From positions 1 through 64,000 of the forward strand of contig CDROCS010001038.1 of NCBI GenBank assembly GCA_977020255.1: a stretch of 64,000 nt of DNA. Direction: 5' to 3'. Origin of the DNA: Obrimoposthia wandeli (taxonomy: Eukaryota). Numbering within the stretch: the first letter of the stretch is position 1; each line of letters opens with the position of its first letter. Below the pieces are notes generated by a model. It searched no databases. It was not told where the DNA came from and was given only the letters and a program-made list of their open reading frames with translations. The translations under genes were made by a program, and so were the position numbers. Below are positions 1 to 13,198 of this stretch, one piece after another.

Positions 1-434
1 AATGATGTGTCAGTTGTTCTATGGCATATTTATTGTAATAACACTCGCACAGTGAACAATCGATATGAAGTGTAAGTTCATTTACAGTTTTGATAAATGC
101 ACATAAAACCTTTAGTAATTCCTTGGTTTTCATTAAAAGCATATTCTCTAATTCGGACTCATTTTAGCTGCCATAGGATAATTATAGTGTCATGTCAATC
201 AATAGACTAAAATTCTCCATCAATTGAAATTCTACAGATTTTTAAAAACAAAATATACAAAATGTTAATAAATTTCAGCTTAAATTAAAAATATATCAAG
301 TTAAAAAGTACATTTTAAAATTATTTGATTACTTCATATCGTCAATTTTAACAGTGTACTAATTGGCTAAATCGATAACGGTGATATTATGAGATTTCGT
401 GTCAATGACATATTTACCGTCACTTTCACTGCAG

Positions 435-1278
435 ATGTCGGACGTACAATTTTCTTCTTTTGTCGCCGAATTCATCTTACGACCTGAAAAGGATAACGGA
501 ATAAGCGGACGATGCGCAGTTCAATGACCAAGAAACGCTTAGTGTCAACTCTGGATTATGCTCAAGAACAAGAAGACCCGGACTTTTTCTGTTTCCCAAC
601 TCTATGGCAAAGATGTTGGTATGAAGAACTGCTTTCTTAATGATGTGTTCCATTCGACATCGATCAAATCGATCCTTTCCTCACCGAAATTGTGAAGGAT
701 GTCAGAAGAATATTCTGCCGATAGAACAAAGATGCTCTTTCGAAACGCCGAATGTTTTTCCTGATGAACCAGAAATCAGCAGCGGTTTTTACAACTCCAA
801 TTATCTGCTGGAAGGCGAATTGATGCCGAAGAATTCAACTACTATAGTGATTCGAACAATGAAGCTTTCGACAATTCTGTGGACTCGACTCTGAATTCGA
901 CAGTATCGGTGGTGCTCCCTTTGTGACTAATACAAGCACCAATGGAATGGGCCGATTCTCAATGTTTTCTAGTATCAAGCATCACAAGAGATCAGCATTT
1001 TCTTGAGTCTGGAGGCAGAGAGAAGTTTGCTGTAGCGAACAAACCAGGTCAACACTTCTATCAGTACCACCAGCAACAAGAGCCGCCCAACAAGATGCGT
1101 GCAAAAGGACAACCTCGGCTATTTCTACGCCAGGCCAAAAACGCAGAGGAATACTGATGCCGCAGAAACAGAACAGTCGCTATGGTAATTGTATCGATGT
1201 GAAAGCCAGCGGTTTACTGGACCGAAGAAAACCAGGCATCACAAGATCCTCTGAATGAAAATGAACTTGACATACAAG
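435..1278 (+). pseudogene. Candidate upstream exon of the ETS locus, broken by several frame changes
   Basis: GC-richer block bounded by acceptor TGCAG|435 and donor AAG|GTGAG at 1278/1279. The final frame (NELDIQ, phase 1) joins in frame to the 2387 exon (AVVQNQR). No single ORF spans it and no domain is recognised with confidence. Confidence 0.35.
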
Positions 1279-2386
1279 GTGAGATTTGTAGAAATACAAA
1301 TACCCTCACAGAATTTTTAAAAATAATAATTACTTTTAAAAAATGATTATAACTCTAATTAAACTTGAAATAAAAAACTTGGGTTAACTATTTAAAATCT
1401 TGTTTATATTGCACCACCAAAGAAAATATTTCAAATTTGTTGTGAATTGTTTTTACTTAAACTTTCGTTAATTCTATGTCTCTCAATGTTGATACACTTG
1501 ATAAACCTCACTTCACGTTTGTCAAATTGAATGAAAGCAACATAATAAAGTGAAAATTATTATGAAATGTAATGAAATCATTTTCAGACAAATTCCGTCA
1601 AAGCGAAGAAACTGAGCGTAACTATAAGTTACGCACATTCACTTGCATTCACATTGGTATTATTTTGATTTCGTATTTATTATTTTGTTTAAAATTGTCT
1701 CAATTTATTTTTAGAATCTCAAACTTAGACTATTAGAAGTTTGTAGGTTAGAAACATAAACTGTATTTCTCTTTATTCGTACAAAACTAATTTAGGTTTA
1801 AAACATTATATTGAAGTTATTATAAAAGGTAATCAATTAATTAAGCAAAAACTATACAATTGAAGTAAATATTCAAAAATATATAGCAAAAAAATCAGAA
1901 ACAAAGGTTGGGGGAATTCCAGAAAATATTATAGAGTTTTAAAGAAAATCAAACCAAGCAGTTCCTCCTGTTTATGAAATGTACTTTTCAATTGAACCAA
2001 TTTTAAGTGTAAAAATTATCAGTTCGTTTCTCACGATATTCAGTTAATATGGTATTTTTATCTCGCTTAGGCATCGTATTGACTAAAGTAAACTAGATAA
2101 GTTAGATTTCAAAATGTACGACTTTCTGGGCAAACCAGACATTTACTCAACGTTTACATACCTACTGATCCAGATTCTCTGCCATAATACCTAGCCTCTG
2201 TTTGTAATACGTGCTGCAAACCCGTATTTGACCCAACTAGTAGTAGAAAATAAGATCAATTCAAAAACCCAATGCATATCATATTGTTATTATATTTGCT
2301 TGAAGTAGAATTCACTCACTTACAATTCCTTTAGCTATTTATTAAGCGAATGCTTCATGAATTGAGTGTCACTGAATGTTTTGCAG

Positions 2387-3104
2387 CGGTAGTCCAGAAC
2401 CAGAGGAGCCCCAAAATCATCAAGTCAGAGCCGTCCTCATGCCCGAGTCGTCAGCCAGGCCTCTGGTGCTCTACAACCAACAATCTGCTGCCACAGGCGA
2501 CCCCAGCCTCATCCTCCATCATGAGCAACAGTCGCCGTTACCACACCGCCTCCATAATCAACTACCGCGTGCCACCTTCCTCCCCCACCAGCGAATTCCT
2601 CTCCATCCGCAACTACCCCTGTCTCTTCTGAGCCTCCCCACAAGCGCACCACTCTCTACTACACTGAGACCCTCCTAAGCAACTGCAGTGCCAGCAACCG
2701 CAGCAGCCAATCAAGCAGGAGACAGAGATCCCAAAGTTCCTTACAGTCAAACCCACGCACCGTTTCCCGGTCCTTGCACACTCACTCATCGACTACAGCA
2801 TCCCTTGGTAGTGCTCATCACCACCACCACCGCACTGACGTCATTGACATGGCCAAGATCCCAGAGCCGCTGCGCATGGGACGCAAAGTCAGCAAGCGTG
2901 GCCAGCGGTTTTCGCTCTGGCAGTTCCTGATGTGTCTGCTCGACTCACACAAATACCGTGAGTATTCTGCCACTGGCATCCGCTGGGTCAACCGACCCAA
3001 CGGGGTGTTCCACATCGTGGACAGCAAGCAAGTGGCCACTCTGTGGGGCAGTATAAGGAACGCCGGGACAAGATGACCTATGACAGCCTCGCCAGATCTC
3101 TCAG
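2387..3104 (+). pseudogene. ETS-family transcription factor, main exon with N-terminal part of ETS domain (SPDEF/ELF-like); at least 4 indels
   Basis: LWQFLMCLLDSHKY...IRWVNRPNGVFHIVDSKQVATLWG, then after a 1-nt shift at GGGG 3045-3048, QYKERRDKMTYDSLARSLR. Acceptor TTGCAG|2387 and donor CAG|GTCAGA at 3104/3105. IKSE and IKQE segments lie in an alternating frame with high GC3. Confidence 0.9.
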
Positions 3105-4869
3105 GTCAGAATGTCATTTCGACCCCTCTAACCCTCTTAGATGGTCTAACCCATAAATTGATTTTTTAAATATATTTGAATAGTAGATTTTATTATTATT
3201 TTAAATAACGTAATATTACATTATTGAAATGGTCTTTTTCATTTTCTGGATTTATCAACAATTGATAATTTGTGAAAAATCATGCAAGTTGCATATGATC
3301 GTCGATATAAGCCAAAATATTCGAAATAAGCCCAAAGAATCAACAAATTCTAAAAGGAAATTCCTTAGCGTTACTTGAATGCTTTAGATGAAAAAGGAAT
3401 TGATTGAATGTTAGATTTATATTTGTAAATTACATTTAATTTTTGTTATATTAATTATATGTATATTAATATACACAAGATATATTAGCTCATTTTCATT
3501 TGTAAAAAAATGTAAATGAAATTTTAATAAATTTAACCTTATTTCTAAGTAAATATATTATTGACACTGTTTATTTAATATCACTTTAAATAAGTGTTAT
3601 ATGAAAAATAACATTGTGCACAAATTTGATGATTTGTGCCTTATGTGTTACTTAAAGTATGATATCTAAATGTTTTCTATTCTGTTATGTAATTCCTTGT
3701 TTAGAAATAAACATTTGTTGCGATATATTTTTAATTTTATCACACCTTAGTCTATGTTGAAAGCAATATGAAAAACTTCCTTTAAGCAACATTTAACTAC
3801 CCTCCAATTAACACAAAACACTGCTAGCAAAGAAATAAACGTGGGAAGGAACCATTACGAGAAATGCTGTTGTACATAGCATCGCGCTAGTGACATTGTT
3901 TCTCCTTGATCACAATACAATGCATTCATCGAAATAAAAATCTTTATTAATTGTTTGTGGGAATCTTGCCATTCACAGACATGTTTCGGTTTTTTCAGTA
4001 TGAAACAGGCTTGATAATTGGAGCTTAGTCAAAAAATAACCATAGAATTTTAAAATTTGAGATTTATTTTACAAAATTGAAACAATTGATGTCTTTTGAG
4101 CATTGGCTACAGCCTGCGACATTAAAATATGAGGGCAAATTTTATTCCTATAATGTCAAATATGAAATCACCAATGAAAATCGCAAATGAATATAATTTA
4201 CAAGAGTTATGAATTAAAAATTTAAATTGATTTCAAAATTATTATACATCAATAATTTCTAATTAAAAACAAAATTAATATAAATCTTTAGGTATATAGT
4301 TGAAAAAATAATAATTAATATGATTGTAGCTGGAATTTAATTATTTCATGGTTCCCAACATTAAACTCGTTATATACATAATACTTTTTGGTCATACTAT
4401 TAAGAGAGTCATACTATTTGACATTATCCGTTAGTTTTAAAACATTTACGAGCGTAGCTGTGATTTGATTCAGGTTCAAATCAACCAACTATATTTAAAA
4501 TAAGTTCCCAAATTCGTGTGGAATTCTATTTCAACACATTCAAACAGAATTTGAAGACTAACATTTCAAGAAGTTCTACAAAAGCTTTACAGAATTCATT
4601 CAGAGTAAATTAAGATATGTTATATTAAATATGTATTTAAAAAATATTCGTTTCTTTCTTTTACAAATTTTAAAGACACTTATAATCACACAATCAAACT
4701 CCTCAATTTAGGATACTAAATATCGTAAATTTAGTATCCTTCGATTAACTTTAACAGGAAAAGTGTAAGCTCCAAAAATTATTTTAATATAAATTTATTT
4801 TCAGTTGAGTTGCTGACTACTGATAGATTTGTAGTTGTCAACTCAATAAGATATCTGAGACCGTCAAGG

Positions 4870-5080
4870 TATCCTCATACACAGTTCTTTAAACTTCACT
4901 CCAGATACTTGATAACACATTCTGTGTTGAAATCGACATAACACAATGTTATTCAAACGTTCGTACTCGCCTTTGCTGTGAGGTCAAGTCTTGGTTCTTG
5001 ATGCTGATAAGTGATACCGACTGAGAATTGCGCCTGTTTATGAGTTCAAGTGTGAGTCAGTTAATCCGAACTCCCACATA
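4870..5080 (-). pseudogene. Possible LTR-retrotransposon integrase remnant inside the ETS intron
   Basis: Minus frame reads SASRTKT*PHSKGEYERLNNIV, resembling the Gypsy integrase motif SRTTPYHPxGNGxxERxN. Short and degenerate. Confidence 0.3.
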
Positions 5081-5824
5081 GCGATTAAGTAGAAATTTTC
5101 ATTGATTTACATCGATTAAATGTGACGAGCAGTTCTATTGTGCTTTATATTATGGCGTTCAACTTATTGACGCGCACACACATTATTTCACATACACCTA
5201 AAATAGTCTGAAAAATGATGTCACTGGAATACAGATGAAAAATGTTTGTTTACAATGAAAAACGGAACCATCTTGATTGTTGGAATTCATGACCGTTTAC
5301 AATTGTATTTTCAACGCAATTTCAGGAATATTACCTAAGTAGTGTGTATAGCACGATTGAGCGTGTCCATACATCACAACTGTCAAACAGTGCCAAAACA
5401 TTCACCATCTTTAACATATTTTATATTAATATGTATAGTTTTACCATATAAATTATTTTTAAAAGTGTATTCTAAATCTTTAGCATCGAAAAATTGCAAC
5501 TAAAATGAAGTAATACTTTAAAAAATAATTTTCAAATATCAATATTTATTTAGTTTGTACTATTAGGAAAAATACGAATCAAATACATTTTTGTTTTGAG
5601 TTTCTTTCCAGTATTTTATTGAAAATAGTTAACATATATGTGATGTGAATACTAAACTTCCAAGCTGACAATGAAAAACAAAATATATCTTAAAACTGAG
5701 TATATTCATTGAAACACACCCACACACATATATATTTATATATGTTACTTTTCAACATACTTCCATTTGTACTAACACACTTTTGCCATCTAACTAAAAG
5801 TGCTTTAAAAGCTGCGTAATATAA

Positions 5825-6380
5825 TCAGGAGTGGAGGTTTCCTTCAACAAACTCCTTTAACTGCTCTTTGTCATTAAACTTAACTCTTCAGAGTTTTTTC
5901 TTCATAAATCAGAATAAATAGAAAGCTGCTGTGTCAAATCTTGGATAAATGGGAGATAATCTAATTTTACTATATTCAAATTCTTTACAGTTACTTGCGT
6001 TCCATACGATGAATAAATTGGTACATTCATGCAAAAGCTAGCGTTGGAAAATTATCTCTTTCTCCTTAGATTTCTAGCTTGTAGAGTTTTTTGACATCTT
6101 TCTCGGTAAAATCTGTCATAGCCACACTATTGTAATCCCAAAATAGAATAAGCATGGAAGTTAGTCGTTATGAAGTACCAGAACTCATTTTTAAAGGAAA
6201 CTTCCACTCCATGCCTTCACCTTTTGATTCTGGGTGATACAAAATAGCCTCATACTCGAAGAAAATAATTATCATACTGCTCATTTAAAGCCATCAAACT
6301 TTTACGAAAACCTCTGGCAATAGTGCACCATTTCATCAGAAAGAAACCCTGAGACAAATTATGATGATTGTTTACGAATT
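5825..6380 (-). mobile_element. Decayed mariner transposase fragment in the ETS intron
   Basis: Minus-strand pieces YHPESKGEGMEWK, MLILFWDYNSV and (P)RFDTAAFYLF*FMKKKL..KFNDKEQLKEFV match the mariner motifs YxPExKxQSMEW, MxxVFWD and SPDLAPSDFYLF. Confidence 0.65.
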
Positions 6381-6891
6381 CAATTTAGTCAAGTAAAACA
6401 AGTTTTATTTCTCAACTATATGACCTAAATATCACATTGTGTGAAATGAAAATGTATTTCATGCTGAGTCCGAGTGCTTAAAGAAAATAACATATAATTG
6501 ATTATCTATAATAACGGTCTTTTGACATTAAATGATAACACTTCCAAGGACTCGATTTAATTTGGATTTGAAAAATTAGATAATTAACATGACTTTCGTT
6601 ATTTTCGCAATCTATTTTGTCGGGAAAATGCTTGGTAATTCAGGAAAGATGGCAAAACTAAAAACTGACACTTTTAAATTGTAGGGTATTTAAATAATAA
6701 GGTTGCAATTTAAAATAATACTTACAATCATCGGTGCTATAAATATATTTTTGTAGCTTTTTTGATTATTTAAAATTGTAATTTTTAAGCCTAAAATTTG
6801 CATATTGTTGATAATGTGAAGCTATAATTATACAATTATATATATGAAAATAACTTAAGCACGGGTAAATAATAATTTCCTCTTCGTCCAG

Positions 6892-7015
6892 ACATTACTA
6901 CAAGAAAAATTTGATGGCCAAGATCAACAATCGTCGCCTGGTCTACCAAATCGCTCAAGAATGTCTACAATGGTCCTCCGAGACCTTTGTCAAACGCATC
7001 AGTGCTCCAGAGTGA
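6892..7015 (+). CDS. ETS-family transcription factor, last coding exon (C-terminal ETS domain)
   Basis: After acceptor CCAG|6892 the phase-2 junction gives R-HYYKKNLMAKINNRRLVYQIAQECLQWSSETFVKRISAPE*, matching the ETS pattern RYYYKxxxxxKxxxRRLVYxF. Intron 3105-6891 is GT..AG. Confidence 0.88.
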
Positions 7016-9279
7016 TGACCTCAGAAAATAACTTGACTTATTTAAAATTCCCGTACCATTTCTTCTCACTGTACCTAAACCAGCCCTCTTCACTTTTCCC
7101 GACATATCTTCACGAAACCCAACTATCCTGTCTCTTTGCTTTATCACAGGATTTCCAGCCAATCATAACCTCTTGATTTTCTAGCTTTCCCTTGATTGGT
7201 TGACACATCTATTTTATTAGTGTAGTTTTACTATAACCTATTTCATTTCTACTTACTCTCTACACGACTATTTTTGTTTATCTTTTCTTGGACTTTTTGA
7301 AACCGGTGAATTTACAGCTGTAAAGAAAAACATGAAAAGCCACATATAAGATAAACCAAGATTCAACATATAATAAAATGTGTGTGTGTCAATGTGTTTG
7401 TTTGTGTTTATGGCATATCAAACTTTCTTTTTTCCAAGTATTTTAATGTTAACATTGAATTTGTTCTATATACATATTCTCCGATGCAAATAGTTAGTGT
7501 ATGTGGGTCAATTTTGTTTTAATGAAGTCAAGGCCAAGAAAGGTTTCAACAAAAAAGAGTATGTTAAAGAATATTTTAAAATGCCAAAATTATAAAGAAA
7601 AAACAATAGATTTTTATTACTATGAAATGGAGATTTAAAAACTTTGATCTTGACTTCACTTTGACAGAAATATGTGCCTTATCCACTGAAATTTCTATCA
7701 CACATTTACTCACTTCTTTTAAGACTTCTTTCGTTGGAAAAGGTATTTCTCTGTCACTCTACTACTACTTCGATCATTCCTGTTAGCCTTAACAGTGGCT
7801 GTGCTCATTTGTGATTGTGTTACCCGCCTTCTAAGCGGGCTGTTGCGACTACTATTACTATTTTTGTTATTATTTTATTGATTTTCTCTCACCTGTAATT
7901 ATGTCAAGTAAATACCGATCTACTTGTTTTTAACTCTGTCGTTTCGACAACCGCTGTCTGCTTCTTTTTCTGTACATAGTCAAAGTTTAGATGAGATTTG
8001 TAACCTTTTTGTTAGGTTTGACTGTGAATTACGAGTGAAATAAACTAAGCGTGACTTGAGGACAGTGTTGCATCTTCTATACCTTAAAATTTGAAGCATC
8101 TGGGTCACTAATAGAAACCTTGAGTTAACATCAAATATAAAAAGTATACATAACTTTTTAAAAGTCCTATAAAAAGTATTTATTATTTTAAAAATTCATT
8201 ATATATGATATAATACTGTTAAAACATAAACATCGATCCCTATATTCTTTATATTCAAATATAACAACTCTGACTTTACCGACAATAAAACTGATTCTGG
8301 CAATAAACTCTTTCAACCATCTGAATGTACAACTCTGAGCGCATTATTCATAGCATCACCTCTGGTACTATTTATCCATTCACGTCTGGCTATTATATAT
8401 ACATACATAAGCACGCCTGTGTGAGAACAAAGCTCTTAAAAGTGCAGGTTAACAAAAGTTCGGCATGATGGACCAATTTAATTTCAATTCATTACTAATT
8501 GATGATTGAAATTAAATTTAATTAGTCATCAATGACTACTTTGATTTATAAGTATTTTATCTACGCATATTCTAAATTTAACTTTTCAATATTTTGTATA
8601 AATTACAAAATCTGTTATACAAACGAAAAACAAGGTTAAGTCAATAAAAATTATTTTCTTAACTATGATTGTTGACAAATGCTTCTTTAAAGTATAGTTT
8701 TTTCAAATACATTTTTAAAAATTGTAAAACAATCAAACATTTTTTAAAAAATTATCACTCTTTTGACAATAAAATTAATTTTGGTTTTATAAGTAGTTTA
8801 ATAATTATTATTTATTCGCTGTAACCTTGCACATTTGATACCTCTAATATCGACTGTTTATGAATTATTGTCGTAATCCTTTTGGGTAATGTGAACTAAG
8901 TTTACACAATTAAGTTCAATGTCTCAAGTAAGAAACATTTATTATTTAATTTTTAAAAATAAGGCGTGAATCGGGCTTTTCAATAAAATTATTAGCGAAA
9001 AAACAAACAAAAAACATCAAATTTTATGTGGACCAACAAAATAGGCAATACATCAGATCGTTTTTGATTCCAATTCTTAAAATATCTTTATCTGATGAAT
9101 AAACATTCCTTAAATGAGCTCGTTTTTAATTTAAAGGAAAACATATAGCCAGGACCAGTCTGAAAAAAATCTTTCATATTCGTCAGGAGACAAAAGCTAT
9201 CTGTGGATCCAAATACCAAGAAACATATCGAGAAACAACTCCCAAAACCCAAAATCCAGCGTGGAGACAAGAGTGTGAA

Positions 9280-11660
9280 ACTCTACGTCACATGTTACTA
9301 CCATACAAGGGGCGCAGAGTGGGGTAAAACTCATACCGGATGTACGACTTCTCGCAATGAACATGTTTGACGATCACAAGGAAAATAACAAGTACCCTAC
9401 CTTCCTCATGTGGAGACCTACTTGATCTACACCTATGATGGATAGGGGATTGTCGCTCAAGACATTATGAGCGAGCAGCTGGAACGTGTACAAGAAAGTC
9501 CTGAGTGTCAGCAATGGTTATCAAAATATAATTTTGACATATGGAAGAAATCCTACGAGTGTGACCTTTTATTTAGAAAAATCAGGTACAATACTACGAA
9601 AGCCTGAAAACTACAACGAAGCCTATGGAAGAAATACTCTTTAAAATTGAGGAGGAGGCACCACGTCTCACGTCCTTACATTACAACCAGTACTCACATC
9701 TTCGGAGAATACAGTATTGGAGAAGGTTGGGGATGTTGTTGTTGTTGACATCCTCAATGTGCTGAGTAGTAACCTCTCCCCTAGTGAGACGACCGTGGAG
9801 AAATACTATTGACAAATAATACAAACCCCTAAATGCAGGCGCTGTCAAGGACTATGGTATTGCTAAATTTTATCGTGCTAATCCCAAAGAAGCAAGCAAT
9901 CATATTATGATCGAGAATATTGATATTCACAGTACGCCAGACATGGAAACAAACTTGGTTTCTTTGAGATTACGATGTCAGAACTATAACAACAGATTGG
10001 AGTACATTACCTGATGACTTTTTTCGGAGAGGAGAAAGTACCTTTAAGTGCGATATTGTTACTGAAAAGATGGTAAGTTTCATTCTCAGAATAGATCCTG
10101 CTGGGATAACATACTCCGACATCAGGAAATATGACCCAAATTGCAAAGAGATTAAGTCCTTGTTTAACAAGATACAGGAAGCCAGTATCATGCCTACTGC
10201 TTAGAGAACCTCCAGGACTAAGTTTATTCCTAAAGTGAGAAATGATTCTTATAACAACATTACGAGTTGCCTTTACAAAGTACTGGCAAATGTAATTGCT
10301 TCTGGCCATAATTGAAACTGACCAAGGAAAGAAGGACTTCTTCATCCATCCCAAAAAAAGTATCGGCTGTTTTGAAGGCTGTTTTAAGCACAACGCAGTA
10401 CTCAATCTCGTCATCAATGAGTGTCACATAAACAAAAGATCCTGTCATATAGCATTCCAGGATATTCTGATGTATTTGGGTCAGTGCCCATAGACTTCAT
10501 AATACGATTTATGGCCAGAGTTAACATTCCTGAGAAGATATGTAAACTTGTACACAGCATCTACGAGGAGAACAACTCCGATATCCAATGTGGAAAAACT
10601 AAGATTAAAGATAAATCCAATAGAAGGGGTACGCCAAGGTTGTAAATTTTCCATGATGATATTTAATCTCTGTATTATATCCTGTCATTGAGGCAGTGAA
10701 CAAGGTATCCAACGCTGGATTCAAACTCGATTCTTCACAATTTGCTACTCTGGCATATGTGGATGATCTTGTCTTACTCGCTGAGGACAAATCCGTACTG
10801 AAAACGATGGTGGATACTGAAGCAGATACTGCAGCAAAGATCTAATTGAGATTCAGACCCAGCAAATGTGAAATACTCAGAACTCCCTTCTGGAGCTGCA
10901 ATAACAAAGATATAAAGAAAGAAATTAATGAGATCTTACTCGACGAAGAACCTATACCTACAGTAACTTCGAACAGTCCCTACAGGTACCTTAGTATGAA
11001 CAGGAATGCGAATACAAAATACAAATTCGATTTTCTATTTGAAGAGAATCTCGACCCTCACCAGAAAATCTTGGCGTACAAAACCTTCGTACACTCCAAG
11101 TTTGTATTCAGTTTCAGACAAAACACGTCTTCTACGACAGATTCATCAATGATAGATGTACTAATAGAGCAAAAAAATATGCTTATGACCAGCAAGTGAG
11201 GAAACAACACCGGAGAATTGCAGCACTGCCTAAAAATACCCCTTGGAATCTTGAATGGTTATAAAGATCGTAGAGGATTCTGTATCCCAAGTATCACTGA
11301 TGAGTATAATATATAGACTATAATCTAAGAATTCAAAATGGCAAATTTAGGCGGTGGAGGATTACAACAAGCTTTTAGACTTGAACTTATCTCTTTAGTA
11401 AGTAAACGAATCTCAGAATTCAGAGACTTTTGGAGTTTCCTGGACCAAGCCGTAAATGAAAAAGTCATTCAGACAACGGACAGAAATGAGTGGGCAAGGT
11501 ATACTGAGGCTCACACAAAAAACCAAGAAGGAGATGAAACTCGAGATTATACTTTCTAGAGATGCTACAGATAGTGATATATCCATTTTCTGTAGAAACT
11601 CCTAGATATATTTGTAGCAAAGCATGTGCCAAATGCTGACAAGCTTCCAAGTTAACAGAC
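9280..11660 (+). mobile_element. Degenerate non-LTR retrotransposon (R2/NeSL-like reverse transcriptase)
   Basis: Fragments DPAGITYSDIRK..LFNKI..MPTA*RTSRTKFIPK, GCFEGCFKHNAVL, FGSVP, GVRQGC (10627-10643) and LAYVDDLVLLAED (about 10750-10790). Many stops and frameshifts. Confidence 0.85.
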
Positions 11661-13084
11661 TCGGAAATTAACAAAATTACTTAAAACTACAATAAGTTCA
11701 AAAATATTTTAGAGTGCTTAATAAAACATGTTCCTCCACGATTCATTTTATTTTCAAATATTAAATTCTGTGAATTTATAATGGTAAACACGGAGAAACA
11801 ATGTGGGAGCAAAATAGTTTTATTTTGTATTTTTCATCTGTCAAAGGCAAATAGGCAAGCCTGGTTATATTCCAATTTTTATATAGAAATAATCAATAAA
11901 TATATATTTAAAGTGAATAAATCTAACAGCTGCAAACTGATTCTCGGACAAGCTTGCATATTTAGACATTTGAAGCATATTTTCGAGGCATCTTCATGTA
12001 GACCTTCGACGAAAAATCTGAATATATTCTTTCATCTAGTATTGTTATTTATATTTCTCATTTTTAGTTTGTTTTTTATCTCCATTCTTTCATGAATCGA
12101 ATTCATTATGTATACATTATAAAATTATTGAATCAAATAAAATGAAAAATTTTCGCTAAAAATATATTTTTCTAATTTTAACTATTTTCTAATTTATTCT
12201 TTTTTGTCAACCAAGCTCCTTTACATGTACAGTCGTACTTGCACGTGTTTCAATGTTTAGAAACGCGTCCTCTATTTTGAATAATTTGAAATAATCAAGA
12301 AACATTGTATAAGCGAGAATTTTGAAAGTCTAATCTAGATGAAAATATCTTTCTAACTACATATTTATTCTATTAATCGTCTAAAAACGAACAATGACCA
12401 TAAAAGGGTTTTCTTTTATAACGATACACTTCATCAAAAGAGGAAAATATGAGACTGTCATTTTTGATTAAAAAAATTAAAAACAAAGAAAGTGTATGTG
12501 TAATAAAATGTATCCGGATCTTTATGATAAAAATGCTGACAATGTCCGATCAAATTTCCCAAAAAACAGCTGGAGAAATTCTAAAAAATGCAACTGCCCA
12601 AAAAATCGATCACCTTTGCACTGCGATATTTCCCACGACGGAAATGCCAAGCTTTAGGTATTTCTATTTTTAGCTCTTTTCTACCAGTTTTTAATCTATT
12701 TTTAGATAAATTGATTTTTCACCCGACAATTGGAACACTGAAAAAAGACTCTAACAGCTTTTATTATTGTAAAAATTGAAAATTTAAAGTCAGACTTTCT
12801 AGGGATTTTTGTCCAACAGTTGCTTTATATAGCAATTATACAAAATGTCACAAGATCCCGACAGCGATCTCTTCTCCTCCATCTCCGACCGCCACCGCCC
12901 ATATGCCAAATTGCACCACCAGCTCTCCTGCATCGGCGACCAAACATCCCACAGTGGGGCAATTTCTTTTGAAGCTGGATCCAGATAACAGCGCTACCAT
13001 CGCGCTGCCACAAGGAGACTGGTCGGAGAAAACCTGGGTGACTCTTGTAACGAGGTATTTTTTATTTTATTTTAAATTTTAACT

Positions 13085-13136
13085 GTCTTATCTTTTATTC
13101 CGCAGTAAATATTTATTGCGAAATAAAAGATAAGAC
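13085..13136. repeat. 52-bp near-perfect inverted repeat of the kind found at Penelope-like element ends
   Basis: GTCTTATCTTTTATT at 13085-13099 is the exact reverse complement of AATAAAAGATAAGAC at 13122-13136. The inner arms CCGCAGTAAAT/ATTTATTGCGA pair almost completely. Confidence 0.75.
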
Positions 13137-13142
13137 CTATTT

Positions 13143-13198
13143 GGCCGCCTGATGAGTCCGTAAGGACGAAACTGCCAAAAGTGCTAGTCGTCGCAGTC
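13143..13198 (+). ncRNA. Type I hammerhead ribozyme (Penelope-like pLTR context)
   Basis: Core CUGAUGA (13149-13155), stem II GUCC-GUAA-GGAC, then GAAAC. Stem III ACUGC can pair with GC(U)AGU ending at GUC 13187-13189 or with GCAGU ending at GUC 13196-13198. Stem I is imperfect. Confidence 0.75.

Noticed and set aside
8300-8400. VVHSDG*KEF, integrase-like
   Set aside because: One short motif with a stop and no supporting neighbours.
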